In this document: positions 44,151-53,401 of the stretch, one piece after another
Position numbering within the stretch: position 1 is the stretch's first letter
Layout: every line of letters starts with the position of its first letter
Translations under genes and position numbers: made by a program
IMG/VR virus record: IMGVR_UViG_3300044693_000261
Coordinates: 39,349 to 103,348 of that record
Origin: a virus
Taxonomy: Duplodnaviria; Caudoviricetes
Direction: 5' to 3' (one strand)
Length of the DNA: 64,000 nt
The notes under the pieces: generated by a model
The model's input: the letters and a program-made list of their open reading frames with translations, nothing else
Database searches by the model: none
Told to the model about the DNA's origin: nothing

Positions 44151-46795
44151 CCGGCCACGCCTCCCGCTCCAGTCACCACACCCGTACTCGACCCGCCGCC
44201 GGCGACCGGCCCCACCTTCACCGCCGGTCGCGCCGCCGGCCCCGGGGCCGGGCCGCCCGTTTTGAGCAGCGGCGGCCACAGCAGCGGATCACGCACGCTG
44301 ATCGTCCACGACAGGTGCAGCGGCGCGGCGCAGGCGGTGCCGCGTGTCGAGCCCGAAGTGCTCGCCGGCGCGGCCACCGCGAGCAAGGCGCGCACCCAGC
44401 CGGGCACGCGCTTCACGCCCGCGCCGACGCCATCGGCCAGACCCAGCGCCGCGACCACCCGGATCCGCTTACGTGTCGGCAGCCCCACCGTCCCAGGCGT
44501 CGGCAGCGCGAACGTCGCCACGCGGACACCGGTCCGGACGCCGTGCGCCGAGGTCGGCACAGTCAGGCCCAGGGTGGCCGTGCGGGTGCCGGCATGCCGT
44601 GCGCCGCCGTCGCCGAACGAGGCCAGCCGCAGCGAACCGCCGACCGCGCGAGCCAGGATCTTGCCGCCGGCCGCCCCGTCAGCCAGCGCCAGCGCGGCCG
44701 TGCGGGCGCGTCCAGTCGCCTTCGTGCCAGTCGCCGCCGTCGCCAGGTGCAGCGTCGCGGTGCTCGCACCGGAGGTGGTCTTGCGCGCTGTGCCGGTCGC
44801 GGACAACGTCACGGTCGCCGTCAGCGCGCGACCGGTCGCCTTCGTGCCGGTCGCCCCGTCGGCCAGCGTCAGGTTGGCGGTGACCGCGCCGACGGCCCGC
44901 TTGACGCCGACAAGGCCCGTGGACAGCGCCAGGTCCGTGTCGATCTCGCTGCCGAACGCGGTGTCGGTCTGGGCGCGTCCGGCCAGCCGCAGCGCCGGCG
45001 ACACCGCGCAGGCGGTGCTGTGCGTGCCGCCGACCTGTCCGTCACCAAGCAGGCCGGCGGTCGGTGCGCCGATGCCGCGCTTGGTGCCGGTGGACAGGGC
45101 GGACAGGGCGAGGCTCGCGGTGACACTGCCGGTGTCCGCGCGTCCGGCGGTGGCGGGGACCGACAGCGTCGTCTGTGCCGTGCCAGTCACGGCGGTGTCG
45201 CGCTGCGCCGCCGCCTCGGCCGCCAGGCCAAGCTCGGCGGTGAGGTTGGCCTGACCTCGGTGCGCCGGCGTCGAACCGACCGCCATGGCAAGGCTCGCGG
45301 TCGGTTCGCCGAACGCGACGATGCCGGCGGCGACAGGCGTGGCGAGCGTCGCGCCGGCGGTCAGGCTCGCGATCCAGGCCGGTGTGCCGACGGTCGGCGC
45401 GGACAGGACAGCCAGCGTGAACGAGAGCCGGTTGACTCGCTTGCCGCCGACCGTCGAGGTGGACAGCGTGGCCGAGGCGGTGGACGCGGCGGTCAGGATG
45501 CGTCCAGACGTCACCGGAGCCGTCAGGACCAGGGTCGGCACAGGTGAGCCGGCTGACCGCTTGCCGCCGGCGGCCAGGGCGGACAGAGCGGCCGCCGCCG
45601 TCCGACTTCCTGTCCGCGTGGACGTTCCACCTTGTCCGGTGGACAGCGTGGCCGAGGCGGTGGACGTTCCGAAACGTCCGGTAGTGGCCGCCACCGGCGC
45701 GGACAGCGCGGCGGACGCTGTCCGCGTTCCGGTGCGGACGCTGGTGGACGCGGTGGACGCGGACAGGGCGAGGCTCGCCGTGGCATTCGCGTTCACCCGC
45801 TTGCCACCGACGGCGGGCGCGGACAGCGTGGTCGAGGCGGTTCGCGTGGTCGAGGCGGTGTGCACCGCGCTGGCCGAGGTGGTCAGCGACGCCGCCGCTG
45901 TGGGGCTGGCGGTGCCTCGGTGCTGCACGCTGGTGCTCGCGGACAGGGCGGCCGCCGCCGTCCGGGCGACGTTCGCCTTGTGCTGCCCGGTCGCCGAGGT
46001 GGACAGGGCCATCGCGGCGGTGGGGCTGCCCACGCCCCGGTGCTGCACGCTGGTCGAGGTCGTCAGCGTGGCGGCGGCGGTGCGGGTGATGTTGGCCTTG
46101 TGCTGCCCGGTGGCCGAGGTGGACAGGGCGGCCGAGGCGGTGGGCGCGCCGGTGAACGTCAGCGGCGCGATCGCCATGGACAGCGACATCCAGCCGACGG
46201 CGTCGGCGGTCGCGGTCGCCGTCTTGGTGCCGGTCGCCCCGCTGGAGCTGAGCACCTGCACGTCGACGGTGCCGAACTGATAGTTGGACCAGGCGTCTTG
46301 CAACTCGGTCATGCCGGTCGGCGGCGTGTAGCTCCCCGCCGTGCCGGCGTTGGACGCCGAGAACGCGCAGATCAGCAGCGCGCCACCGACAGTGGGGGCG
46401 ATCGAGTTGGCGACGTGGCTGGTCTGACCCGAGGTGGCGCTGCTGTTGAACGACGGCGCGATGTTGACCGGGTTGACCGGATCCTGCCCGGTGACCCGGA
46501 CCAGGATGTTGACGGTCGACGTGTTGGCGTCGGTGCCCAGCGTGTATGTAGAAGGTTCCGAGCCGCCGGCGGTCTTGACGAACACCTTGCACTTGCCGAC
46601 GCCGGTCACGTCCAGCGTCGTGCCGGACTGGGTGAACCCGGACGGCGCGGTCATGTTCGCGGCCGTGCCGTCCGGGTCGGCGAACATGACCAGCACGAGG
46701 TAGTCGCCGCTGACGACGCCGGACGGCTTGGTGATCACCGCCGAGGTCACGCTGTCGGAGGTGGCGACAGTCGACGACGCAGCCGCCACCGTCAC
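44147..46795 (-). CDS. Ala/Thr-rich repetitive virion protein (about 20-aa repeats)
   Basis: N-terminal KPSGVVSGDYLV domain, then 60-bp periodic repeats. Confidence 0.85.
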   Translation of the reverse strand: MTVAAASSTVATSDSVTSAVITKPSGVVSGDYLVLVMFADPDGTAANMTAPSGFTQSGTTLDVTGVGKCKVFVKTAGGSEPSTYTLGTDANTSTVNILVRVTGQDPVNPVNIAPSFNSSATSGQTSHVANSIAPTVGGALLICAFSASNAGTAGSYTPPTGMTELQDAWSNYQFGTVDVQVLSSSGATGTKTATATADAVGWMSLSMAIAPLTFTGAPTASAALSTSATGQHKANITRTAAATLTTSTSVQHRGVGSPTAAMALSTSATGQHKANVARTAAAALSASTSVQHRGTASPTAAASLTTSASAVHTASTTRTASTTLSAPAVGGKRVNANATASLALSASTASTSVRTGTRTASAALSAPVAATTGRFGTSTASATLSTGQGGTSTRTGSRTAAAALSALAAGGKRSAGSPVPTLVLTAPVTSGRILTAASTASATLSTSTVGGKRVNRLSFTLAVLSAPTVGTPAWIASLTAGATLATPVAAGIVAFGEPTASLAMAVGSTPAHRGQANLTAELGLAAEAAAQRDTAVTGTAQTTLSVPATAGRADTGSVTASLALSALSTGTKRGIGAPTAGLLGDGQVGGTHSTACAVSPALRLAGRAQTDTAFGSEIDTDLALSTGLVGVKRAVGAVTANLTLADGATGTKATGRALTATVTLSATGTARKTTSGASTATLHLATAATGTKATGRARTAALALADGAAGGKILARAVGGSLRLASFGDGGARHAGTRTATLGLTVPTSAHGVRTGVRVATFALPTPGTVGLPTRKRIRVVAALGLADGVGAGVKRVPGWVRALLAVAAPASTSGSTRGTACAAPLHLSWTISVRDPLLWPPLLKTGGPAPGPAARPAVKVGPVAGGGSSTGVVTGAGGVAG

Positions 46796-46805
46796 GGCGA
46801 ACCCC

Positions 46806-47048
46806 CTAGGAGTCGAACGGGCTGTCGGGTTTGGCGACCGAGCGGACCAGCGCCGAGAAGCCCGCCTCCAGGTGCGTGCGCGCGATGGCCAGCTGTCGGC
46901 GGTCGGCGGCGATCGGGATGTTGGCGTGCACCTTCCGCCACATCTCGGCCGCCGCCACCTCGGCCTGCTTGATCTCCCGGATGACGTCGACCGTGTCCTG
47001 GTCGAGGTCCCGGTAGCCGGGGATCTGACGGTGCTGGTTGTCCACCAT
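46806..47048 (-). CDS. acb2: Acb2-like anti-CBASS cyclic-nucleotide sponge
   Basis: DNQHRQIPGYRDL.Q ... RQLAIARTHLEAGFSALVRSVAKPDS matches Acb2 family termini as I recall them; TGATG coupling. Confidence 0.85.
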   Translation of the reverse strand: MVDNQHRQIPGYRDLDQDTVDVIREIKQAEVAAAEMWRKVHANIPIAADRRQLAIARTHLEAGFSALVRSVAKPDSPFDS

Positions 47049-47395
47049 CAGGTGGCCTGGAGCGTCGGCGTCAGGCCGTACGTGCCGGCCGAGCCGTAGG
47101 TCTCCGAGGCCGGCAGCGCGCCCGAGTAGTAGCAGGTGCCGCCCGAGGCCGCCGACCACAGCGACCAGTAGGTGATGGTGGTGCCGGCGGGGACGTTGAG
47201 CACGGCCTGGGATCCCGCCTTCGAGCCACCGGAGGACGACCCCCACGTGGTCTGCACGCGCGCGTAGGAGCCGCCGGAGACCTCGCCGGTGCTGGTGCCG
47301 CCCGGATCGGCGGTGTGCAACGCGATGTAGGTGGCGGCGGAGCCGATCGCGTCGACGGCCGCGTTGCGTGCCGTGCTGGTGAATGCGTTGGCCAT
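47048..47395 (-). CDS. Small virion structural protein (fibre/decoration-associated)
   Basis: ALHTADPG...EVSGGSYAR motif common in phage structural regions. Confidence 0.8.
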   Translation of the reverse strand: MANAFTSTARNAAVDAIGSAATYIALHTADPGGTSTGEVSGGSYARVQTTWGSSSGGSKAGSQAVLNVPAGTTITYWSLWSAASGGTCYYSGALPASETYGSAGTYGLTPTLQAT

Positions 47396-47410
47396 GGTCA
47401 GCCTTTCCGG

Positions 47411-48943
47411 TTACTTGAGCAGGATCAACGGCACGTAGCCGCCGCCGTCGATGATGCTGGCCAGCGCGCCGCCGTTGGCCGTTGGCCACGCCGAGCGGAA
47501 CGCGCCCCAGCTGCGCGGCACCGCCGGACCGCCGACCGCCGACAGCGCGCTGGAGTTCGCCATCACCTGGTAATGCATGCTCGGCGGCGTGTCATAGCCA
47601 TGCGTGGACCACTCGGCCGCAATGTAGAGCCCGGCGGCGGGCACCACGATCTGCGAGTCCAGCGGCAGCGACACCTTGCCGGCGGTCTCCCACAGGGTCG
47701 TCGGCGACGACGGAGTGGTGGTGGACAGCACCGCCGTGCCGGCCGCGTTCCACACCCGGAAGCCGTTGAGGTCCGCCGAGCCGGTGCCGTGGTTTCCGGC
47801 AGTGCGCACGTAGGTGAAGATCTCGGTATAGGTGTGCGGGCCGGGCAGCCAGATGACACAGCCCTGCTGCGAGTTGCCGCTGGTGCCCTGGTTGGTGTTG
47901 CTCGGGTCGTAGCTCGCGGCGACCGCTCCGTCCCAGTAGGACAGCGGCAGGGCGGTGCGCGGGTTGGTCAGCGCGCCACCCACCGCCGTGCTGATCGGCT
48001 TGTCGACGTCGGCGGTGTTGTCGACGTTGCCCAACCCCACGTCGGCCTTGGCCAGCGTGACCACGCCGGTGCGACCGGCGACCGAAGTGACCGGCGCGGA
48101 CTGGAGCGCCGAGCGGGCCAGCGCGAGGTCGGACTGCGCCGAGGTGGACAGGTCGGCCTCGGGGATACCGCCAACGGGCAGCGAGTACTTCGCGGCGATC
48201 GCGGCGGCCTGCGCGGTGGACACCGGCTTGTTGACGTCGCTGGTGTTGTCCACATTGGTCAGGCCAACGTCTGTTTTGGACAGCGTCACCGCGCCGGTGC
48301 GCCCCGCGACGGACTGCACGGGGCTGGCCGGGTAGGCGTGCTCGTGCCAGCTGGACAGCTGTGTCGGGTCGTCGGCGATGAGCACCCAGGTCGTGCCCAG
48401 GTCGGTGCGGATGGCCCAGTCGCCGCGCTGGCCGGTCAGCGCGAGCATGGCGGACTGAGTGGCCACCGCGCCCAGGAAGTCGGTCAGCGCCACCGCCGGC
48501 AACTGGGCCTGCGGGATCAGGCCGCCGATCAGGTCGGCCTTGGCCGCCAGCGCCGCGCCGAGGCCGGTCACGTCGCTCTGCGCGTGGGTGTGCGACAGCG
48601 CGGCCTTGCCGGCCAGGTCGGTGATCAGACCGGTGACGTCGGCTTCGGCATGCGTGTGGCTGCTGTTCGCCTTGGTCGCCAAACCCGAGGTGAGCGCGGC
48701 CGGCTGCACAGCGCTGGTGATCGTCGACCGGGTGCCCGAGTCCAGATCGGTGATCGGAATGCCACCCGAGGGCAGCGTGTACTTGCCGGCCAGCGCGGGC
48801 ACGGTCGGCGCGTCGGCGGTGCCGGCCAGGTCGCCGGCGAGCTTGATCCCACCCAGGGTGGTCGAGGTGGCCGGGCCGCCGCCGGCCGAGCCGGGCGGAC
48901 CCGCCGGGCCCTTGATGTTGCCGACCTTGACCCACGTCGCCAT
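47411..48943 (-). CDS. Fibre protein in head/neck region
   Basis: GNIKGPAG, HTHA..DVTGL x2, SVAGRTG.VTL.K.DVGL.NVDNT.D..KP.STA x2. Confidence 0.85.
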   Translation of the reverse strand: MATWVKVGNIKGPAGPPGSAGGGPATSTTLGGIKLAGDLAGTADAPTVPALAGKYTLPSGGIPITDLDSGTRSTITSAVQPAALTSGLATKANSSHTHAEADVTGLITDLAGKAALSHTHAQSDVTGLGAALAAKADLIGGLIPQAQLPAVALTDFLGAVATQSAMLALTGQRGDWAIRTDLGTTWVLIADDPTQLSSWHEHAYPASPVQSVAGRTGAVTLSKTDVGLTNVDNTSDVNKPVSTAQAAAIAAKYSLPVGGIPEADLSTSAQSDLALARSALQSAPVTSVAGRTGVVTLAKADVGLGNVDNTADVDKPISTAVGGALTNPRTALPLSYWDGAVAASYDPSNTNQGTSGNSQQGCVIWLPGPHTYTEIFTYVRTAGNHGTGSADLNGFRVWNAAGTAVLSTTTPSSPTTLWETAGKVSLPLDSQIVVPAAGLYIAAEWSTHGYDTPPSMHYQVMANSSALSAVGGPAVPRSWGAFRSAWPTANGGALASIIDGGGYVPLILLK

Positions 48944-48945
48944 GC

Positions 48946-49440
48946 TCACGCCTCCAGCGTGTAGAGGTCGCCCGAGTCGACGTCCAGGTACTGGTCGCCG
49001 ACGGCCGAGTTGGTGATCGTGCCGGGCGTTCCGTGGCCGATCCACAGATGGGCGGCCGGCGTGCGGCCGGGCTCGCGGGTGACCTCTCCGTCGACCCACA
49101 CGGGCCCCTCGGCGATGCGGGTGATCTTGCCGGCCTGGTCGGTCAACTCGATGTCGTAGACGCCGTCCACGAACGACCAGGCCGCCGAGTCCTCGGCGGG
49201 GACGGTGATCTGCACGTTGGTGGGGATGCTCGATCCGGCATTGGGCACCATGGCGACGTTGCCCGCCGGCACGCTCCACTCGTAGAGCACGGCGGGGTCG
49301 GTGCGGGTGGCCCGGATCTGGCCGCGCGCGGTCCAGCCGGTGAGATCCTGTGCGCCGCCGTCGAACTGGGCGAGCACCGGCCAGCGCCAGGACCAATCCT
49401 CACCCTGAACGATGGTCAGTCTCTGCTGCTTGCGGGGCAC
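48946..49440 (-). CDS. Fibre-attachment (BppU-like Ig-type) protein
   Basis: IVQGEDW, DLTGWTARGQIR, GVYDIEL, GDQYLD..SGDLY. Confidence 0.75.
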   Translation of the reverse strand: MPRKQQRLTIVQGEDWSWRWPVLAQFDGGAQDLTGWTARGQIRATRTDPAVLYEWSVPAGNVAMVPNAGSSIPTNVQITVPAEDSAAWSFVDGVYDIELTDQAGKITRIAEGPVWVDGEVTREPGRTPAAHLWIGHGTPGTITNSAVGDQYLDVDSGDLYTLEA

Positions 49441-49464
49441 GGGCGTGATCGTCGCACGGGGACG

Positions 49465-49497
49465 GGCGCGGGTCGGAGCAGGCGCGCCGACCCGCGC
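49465..49497 (-). terminator. Hairpin terminator
   Basis: GCGCGGGTCGG / CCGACCCGCGC stem. Confidence 0.6.
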
Positions 49498-49503
49498 TGT
49501 CGA

Positions 49504-50067
49504 TCACGCGTCGGCGGCCTGGTCCATCTCGGTTTCGGACAGCGGCTCGTGGTCGGGCTGGTTGTAGTCGACCAGCACCGTCGCCTTGTGCGCCTGCGTG
49601 GCGGCCTTGCCCACCCACTTCTCGTAGAAGTCCTTGCGGACCATCTGCCCCGCGCTCCAGAGCTTCTTCGTGCTCGGGGTCTGGGCGTACTGCGGGATGA
49701 ACCCGAGGTAGCCGTCCTCCTCGGCGACCACGTACTTGTGGGCGTCGGTGCGGTTGCCCAGGAAGCTGCCGTGCAGCGTCTCCGGGCCGCCGACGGTGAA
49801 CGGGTGGATGCCGGCGGCGCGGCTCACCTCGCGGTCCTGGGTGTTGCCGGAGTGGCGCGGGTCGCGCGGGTCGTTCTCACCCTCGCGGCCGGCGTCGGCC
49901 CCGGTCTCGACGTCGGCGTCGCCGGCGACCTGCTCGCTGTCGCCGGTCGGCTCGACCTTCTTGGCGGCGGCGGCCTTGCCGGTGGCCCGCTGCTGCCTGG
50001 ACTTGACGCCAGCAGCGGGGCCGGCGTCCTGGGTGTCTTCGGTGCTGCTGGTGGTCTCGTCAGCCAT
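49504..50067 (-). CDS. Hypothetical head-region protein
   Basis: ATG 7 nt after TAGCCT (-10-like, apparently leaderless). Confidence 0.8.
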   Translation of the reverse strand: MADETTSSTEDTQDAGPAAGVKSRQQRATGKAAAAKKVEPTGDSEQVAGDADVETGADAGREGENDPRDPRHSGNTQDREVSRAAGIHPFTVGGPETLHGSFLGNRTDAHKYVVAEEDGYLGFIPQYAQTPSTKKLWSAGQMVRKDFYEKWVGKAATQAHKATVLVDYNQPDHEPLSETEMDQAADA

Positions 50068-50077
50068 GCAGGTCAGG

Positions 50078-50866
50078 CTAGTGGGGTGAGGCCGAATTCA
50101 CGGGGGACGCGCCGCCGTGCACGTAGAACAGCCAGACCAGAGCGCCGGTGGCCAGGGTGGAGACGACCATCGTGATCGTGTTGCCGACGCCGGACGCCTC
50201 GAACCGCATCCATCGCGGCGTGCCGCACGGGTACCAGCGTTTTCCTCGGATGACGAACGGCCACATGATCGCGACACCGGCGTAGGTCAGACCATCGCCG
50301 GCGCAGTGCACGTAGCAGCCGATGGTGGCCATCAGGCCCAGCCAGCCGTATGCCTGTCCTGGCGGCAGCAGGAACCACGCGCCGCCGGCGAGCGCGGCCG
50401 CGACGACGATGTCGGTGAGGTGCCGGTTGCGCGGCGGCAGCGCCCGCAGCGCGAGCAGCGACAGGAAGAACAGCCAGAACAGGACCGCCCACACGCCGTA
50501 GCGGCCGGGCAACGCGGCCGAGGCGGACATGATGCCGCCGAACAGCCACGCGCCGGGCTGGGTGTGGGTAATGCCCCGGTGGGTGCCGTCGCGGTTCTGG
50601 TCGTAGCGGGTCTTGGTGGCGTGGTAGAGCCAGCCGGAGATGGCGGCCAGTCCGTGCGCGACGGCCTTGGTGAGGCCGCCGAGGCTGCGGGCGGCGGTCG
50701 CCTCGGGGTGGTCGAGGTCGGGCAGGACGGCCGCGCCGGCGCAGAGCATCGCGCCGACCAGTTGAGCTGGCACGGACAGGGGAGTGCCCAGCAGCGGCGG
50801 CAATGTGTGCATGACGAGGATGCCGGTCCCCAGCCCCTGTGTCGCATGCGTCGGTCCCATGACCAT
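50078..50866 (-). CDS. Membrane metal-dependent hydrolase (YdjM-like)
   Basis: MGPTHA, LPDLDH, HRGITH, H.AGDGLT..G motifs. Confidence 0.88.
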   Translation of the reverse strand: MVMGPTHATQGLGTGILVMHTLPPLLGTPLSVPAQLVGAMLCAGAAVLPDLDHPEATAARSLGGLTKAVAHGLAAISGWLYHATKTRYDQNRDGTHRGITHTQPGAWLFGGIMSASAALPGRYGVWAVLFWLFFLSLLALRALPPRNRHLTDIVVAAALAGGAWFLLPPGQAYGWLGLMATIGCYVHCAGDGLTYAGVAIMWPFVIRGKRWYPCGTPRWMRFEASGVGNTITMVVSTLATGALVWLFYVHGGASPVNSASPH

Positions 50867-50881
50867 GCGGAAACTCCTCTC

Positions 50882-50931
50882 CGGAACGTCTGGCCACGGT
50901 AGCGCAGACCGGCTATGCTTGTCGTGTTCCG
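50882..50931. promoter_or_regulatory. Divergent promoter pair: + GGC-TATGCT-N6-GTTCCG; - TACCGT-N8-GTTCCG
   Basis: GTTCCG on both strands, each followed by an RBS and start codon. Confidence 0.7.
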
Positions 50932-50953
50932 GAGGAGTGAAGGGGTCGACGCT

Positions 50954-51175
50954 ATGACTATGCAGAGCACGCAGAGCAAGCTCAAGGCCATGGGCGCATG
51001 GAGGATCGACGGCGGCTACCGCATCCCCGCCGAGCAGGGCGGCGACTGGATCGTCACCCGCAGCGCAGACGGGCACATCGGCTGGATCGTCGCCCGCGTC
51101 CACCGCCCGGACGCGGCGCTCAACGTCGGCCCCAAGCTGGGCGACCGGCTCGACTTCGTGGCGAGCTGGCTGTGA
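50954..51175 (+). CDS. Hypothetical protein (cassette 1)
   Basis: After promoter and RBS, opposite strand to structural genes. Confidence 0.75.
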   Translation: MTMQSTQSKLKAMGAWRIDGGYRIPAEQGGDWIVTRSADGHIGWIVARVHRPDAALNVGPKLGDRLDFVASWL

Positions 51176-51252
51176 CCGCCGACCAGGCCATCCTGCTGTT
51201 GCTCGCGGCCGCCATATTCGGCTACGCCGTGTTCCGCCTCTGCTGGGGATAG
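51172..51252 (+). CDS. 26-aa single-TM peptide (cassette 1)
   Basis: GTGA overlap; stop abuts the repeat. Confidence 0.5.
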   Translation: MTADQAILLLLAAAIFGYAVFRLCWG

Positions 51253-51300
51253 CGAGCAGCCCCCCGGCGAGGCGGTGCCGGGGGGCTGCTGCTCAAGGCG
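51251..51300. repeat. 50-bp direct repeat copy 1 / hairpin terminator
   Basis: 48/50 identical to 51836-51885. Confidence 0.9.
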
Positions 51301-51323
51301 CTGAAAAATCTTGACCTACCCCC

Positions 51324-51364
51324 TTACCCGACCTTGCGTCATCGGGTATGCTTGCGGTGTTCCG
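51324..51364 (+). promoter_or_regulatory. Early-class promoter (TTACCC-N17-TATGCT-N6-GTTCCG)
   Basis: Motif match. Confidence 0.8.
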
Positions 51365-51382
51365 GAAAGAGAGGCGAGACCG

Positions 51383-51601
51383 ATGACCAAGACCGAAGCC
51401 CGCGACATCATCGTCACCGACGTGCGCGTCTGGGCCCGCAAGGCCGGCAAGCCCGCGACCAAGTCGCTGGTTGAGGAGCGCATCAGCGAACTCGGTGGCC
51501 AGGGCTACGTCGGCACGCTCAAGCACGCGGCGGCGAACGCCACCACCGTGCTTGCCGTGTGGCGCGAGGTCATCGCCATCAAGCGACTGACGGGTGAGTG
51601 A
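51383..51601 (+). CDS. Hypothetical protein (cassette 2)
   Basis: GAGAGG RBS after promoter. Confidence 0.8.
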   Translation: MTKTEARDIIVTDVRVWARKAGKPATKSLVEERISELGGQGYVGTLKHAAANATTVLAVWREVIAIKRLTGE

Positions 51602-51833
51602 CGTGGGAGTGATGGTCAGGCGATGCCAGGGGCGCTACACACAGCGCCCACCGCACACCCAGTGCACGCGCGTCGGGACGTTCTTCGTCACGTACTTCAC
51701 CGACGGCAACGGCGCTAAGTGGTCCTGCGCCCAGCACCTCGCCCAGGTCGTGCGCGCGGTTGACGCCGCCGCCAGCGGCGACAGCGACCAGCTCGGCGGC
51801 AATGTGATCAAGGTGGTGGCGAGGTCGTCATGA
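51594..51833 (+). CDS. Small Cys/His Zn-binding protein (cassette 2)
   Basis: C...C...CAQH; stop abuts the repeat. Confidence 0.7.
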   Translation: MSDVGVMVRRCQGRYTQRPPHTQCTRVGTFFVTYFTDGNGAKWSCAQHLAQVVRAVDAAASGDSDQLGGNVIKVVARSS

Positions 51834-51835
51834 GC

Positions 51836-51885
51836 AGCGAACAGCCCCCCGGCGAGGCGGTGCCGGGGGGCTGTTGCTCAAGGCG
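51836..51885. repeat. 50-bp direct repeat copy 2 / bidirectional terminator after capsid gene
   Basis: 13-bp stem between convergent genes. Confidence 0.9.
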
Positions 51886-51890
51886 ACCCG

Positions 51891-53219
51891 TCAGCCGGTG
51901 CTGTGCTGAAGGTCGACCTTGACCATGCTCTCCGGGCGGAAAACGGCCAGACCCAGCCGCTCCTCGGCCAGCACGACGATCGCGTTGCGGACGAAGAAGT
52001 CCATGTGCTGGTCGGCGGTGCGGATGTTGGACTGCATCCGGTCGTAGATCTGCGCGCCGAGGCCGAACGCGCCGACCAGGGCGGTGCCCTCCGGGATGAC
52101 CGGGGTCGCGACGACCGGCAGCTGCCACAGCTGCCGCTGCGCGCCGGTGGTCACCGACACGGCCGCGACGTAGCGGCCCATGGAGTCCTTGGTCAGCTCC
52201 ATGCGCTCCCAGTCGTACGGGTGCACGACCACGCCGGTCGCCTCGTAGTTGGCGAGCACGACGCGGGTGGTGGCCCGCCGGATGGCGTCGATGTAGGTGT
52301 CGCCGGTGACGGGGGTCGCGGCACCCGGGTAGATCTGGATGTTGTCGGTGTTGAGGATGCCGAGCAGGTTCTCGCCCTGCCCGTCGCCGAGCAGCAGCTG
52401 GGCGTCCTCCTCCAGCCGCAGGCCGTACATCAGCCGGGTGTCGACGATGTTGCGCAGCGTCGGCTCGTCGTCCAGCGTGTTCCTGTGCGCGGGGATCCAG
52501 TGCGCGATGGTCTTGATCGGCGTGCTCTTGGTGCCGAAGTTGATGTTGCTCTTGGGCTTCAACCCAAAATTCGAATTGTCGTTGGTCCGCTCGGCGACCG
52601 TCGCGGCGGCGTTGTCGCCGGGGTTGACGAAGCCCAGCTCCTGGACGTACTCGATCATCACCGACGTGGTGCTGGCCGAGGGGAACAGGTCGCGCACGCG
52701 CGCCTGCCGCATCGGCGCGGCCACGACCGGGGCGCGTTCGACCGTGCCGAAGCCGGGGTGGGTGAACGTGCCGATGCTGCCCGAGTACAGGTCCTTGTAC
52801 TGGACTGCCGCCGTCAGCTCGACGTCGGAGACCTCGAAGGTGCCATTCATGGCACCGGACGCCTTGCGGTCCTTGAACTCGGCCGACTCGACGAACCGCT
52901 GGCCGAGGCTCTTGTACTCGACCGCCGTCGGCTGCTGCATCGCGGCCTGCTGCTGCGCGGCCAGCGACTGCCCCGCCGGCGCGTTCAGGTAGTCCTCGAT
53001 CCGGCTCTTGCCTTCGAGGCCGCCGATGACGTCCTGAACCTCGCGGGCCTGCGCCATGAGCGACTTGAACTCGGCGGAAGCCGTCTCGGAGACGACGATC
53101 CCGCCGTCTTCCTTCTTGAACCCCTCGCGGGTGATGGCGTTCAGCTTCTCGTTGAGACCGCCCAGCTGCTCGCGGGCCGCCTTCAGCAGGCTCTTGGTCT
53201 CGATCGTGTCGTGACTCAC
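51891..53219 (-). CDS. Major capsid protein (HK97 fold with N-terminal delta/scaffold domain)
   Basis: KTIAHWIP, QLLLGDG.GENLLGILN, HP.DW, AEERLGL.V.RP. Confidence 0.95.
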   Translation of the reverse strand: MSHDTIETKSLLKAAREQLGGLNEKLNAITREGFKKEDGGIVVSETASAEFKSLMAQAREVQDVIGGLEGKSRIEDYLNAPAGQSLAAQQQAAMQQPTAVEYKSLGQRFVESAEFKDRKASGAMNGTFEVSDVELTAAVQYKDLYSGSIGTFTHPGFGTVERAPVVAAPMRQARVRDLFPSASTTSVMIEYVQELGFVNPGDNAAATVAERTNDNSNFGLKPKSNINFGTKSTPIKTIAHWIPAHRNTLDDEPTLRNIVDTRLMYGLRLEEDAQLLLGDGQGENLLGILNTDNIQIYPGAATPVTGDTYIDAIRRATTRVVLANYEATGVVVHPYDWERMELTKDSMGRYVAAVSVTTGAQRQLWQLPVVATPVIPEGTALVGAFGLGAQIYDRMQSNIRTADQHMDFFVRNAIVVLAEERLGLAVFRPESMVKVDLQHSTG

Positions 53220-53345
53220 GCTGGTCTTTCCTTCCGTGCGCGATCCGATGTGTGCTGGACCCGCGCCGGTCAGTACCAAGCGCGCATGCCCGGAAGGGTA
53301 TTCGTGGTGATCGTCGAGAAGTCGGAACCGTAACGGCGTGTCGAA

Positions 53346-53389
53346 ACGACGGACGGCCCCAGGGTCGGGGGACCGGGGCCGTCCGTCGT
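53346..53389 (-). terminator. Hairpin terminator after the giant protease gene
   Basis: ACGACGGACGGCCCC / GGGGCCGTCCGTCGT 15-bp stem. Confidence 0.75.
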
Positions 53390-53401
53390 GGAGCGTAAGT
53401 G

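Noticed and set aside
43500-46972. Long + strand ORFs (e.g. 43500..45254, 45632..46972) and similar shadow ORFs throughout
   Set aside because: Antisense or off-frame shadows of real genes, caused by stop-codon scarcity at high GC; no RBS or motifs
46806-47489. 227-aa track ORF as a single gene
   Set aside because: Its 5' part overlaps the 47048..47395 gene out of frame; only the last 80 codons look coding
48246-48254. DnaA box TTGTCCACA
   Set aside because: Isolated and explained by the NVDN codons of the fibre repeat
51251-51885. CRISPR array or attL/attR pair
   Set aside because: Only two copies, separated by 535 bp of genes, with terminator-like structure and no integrase in the window
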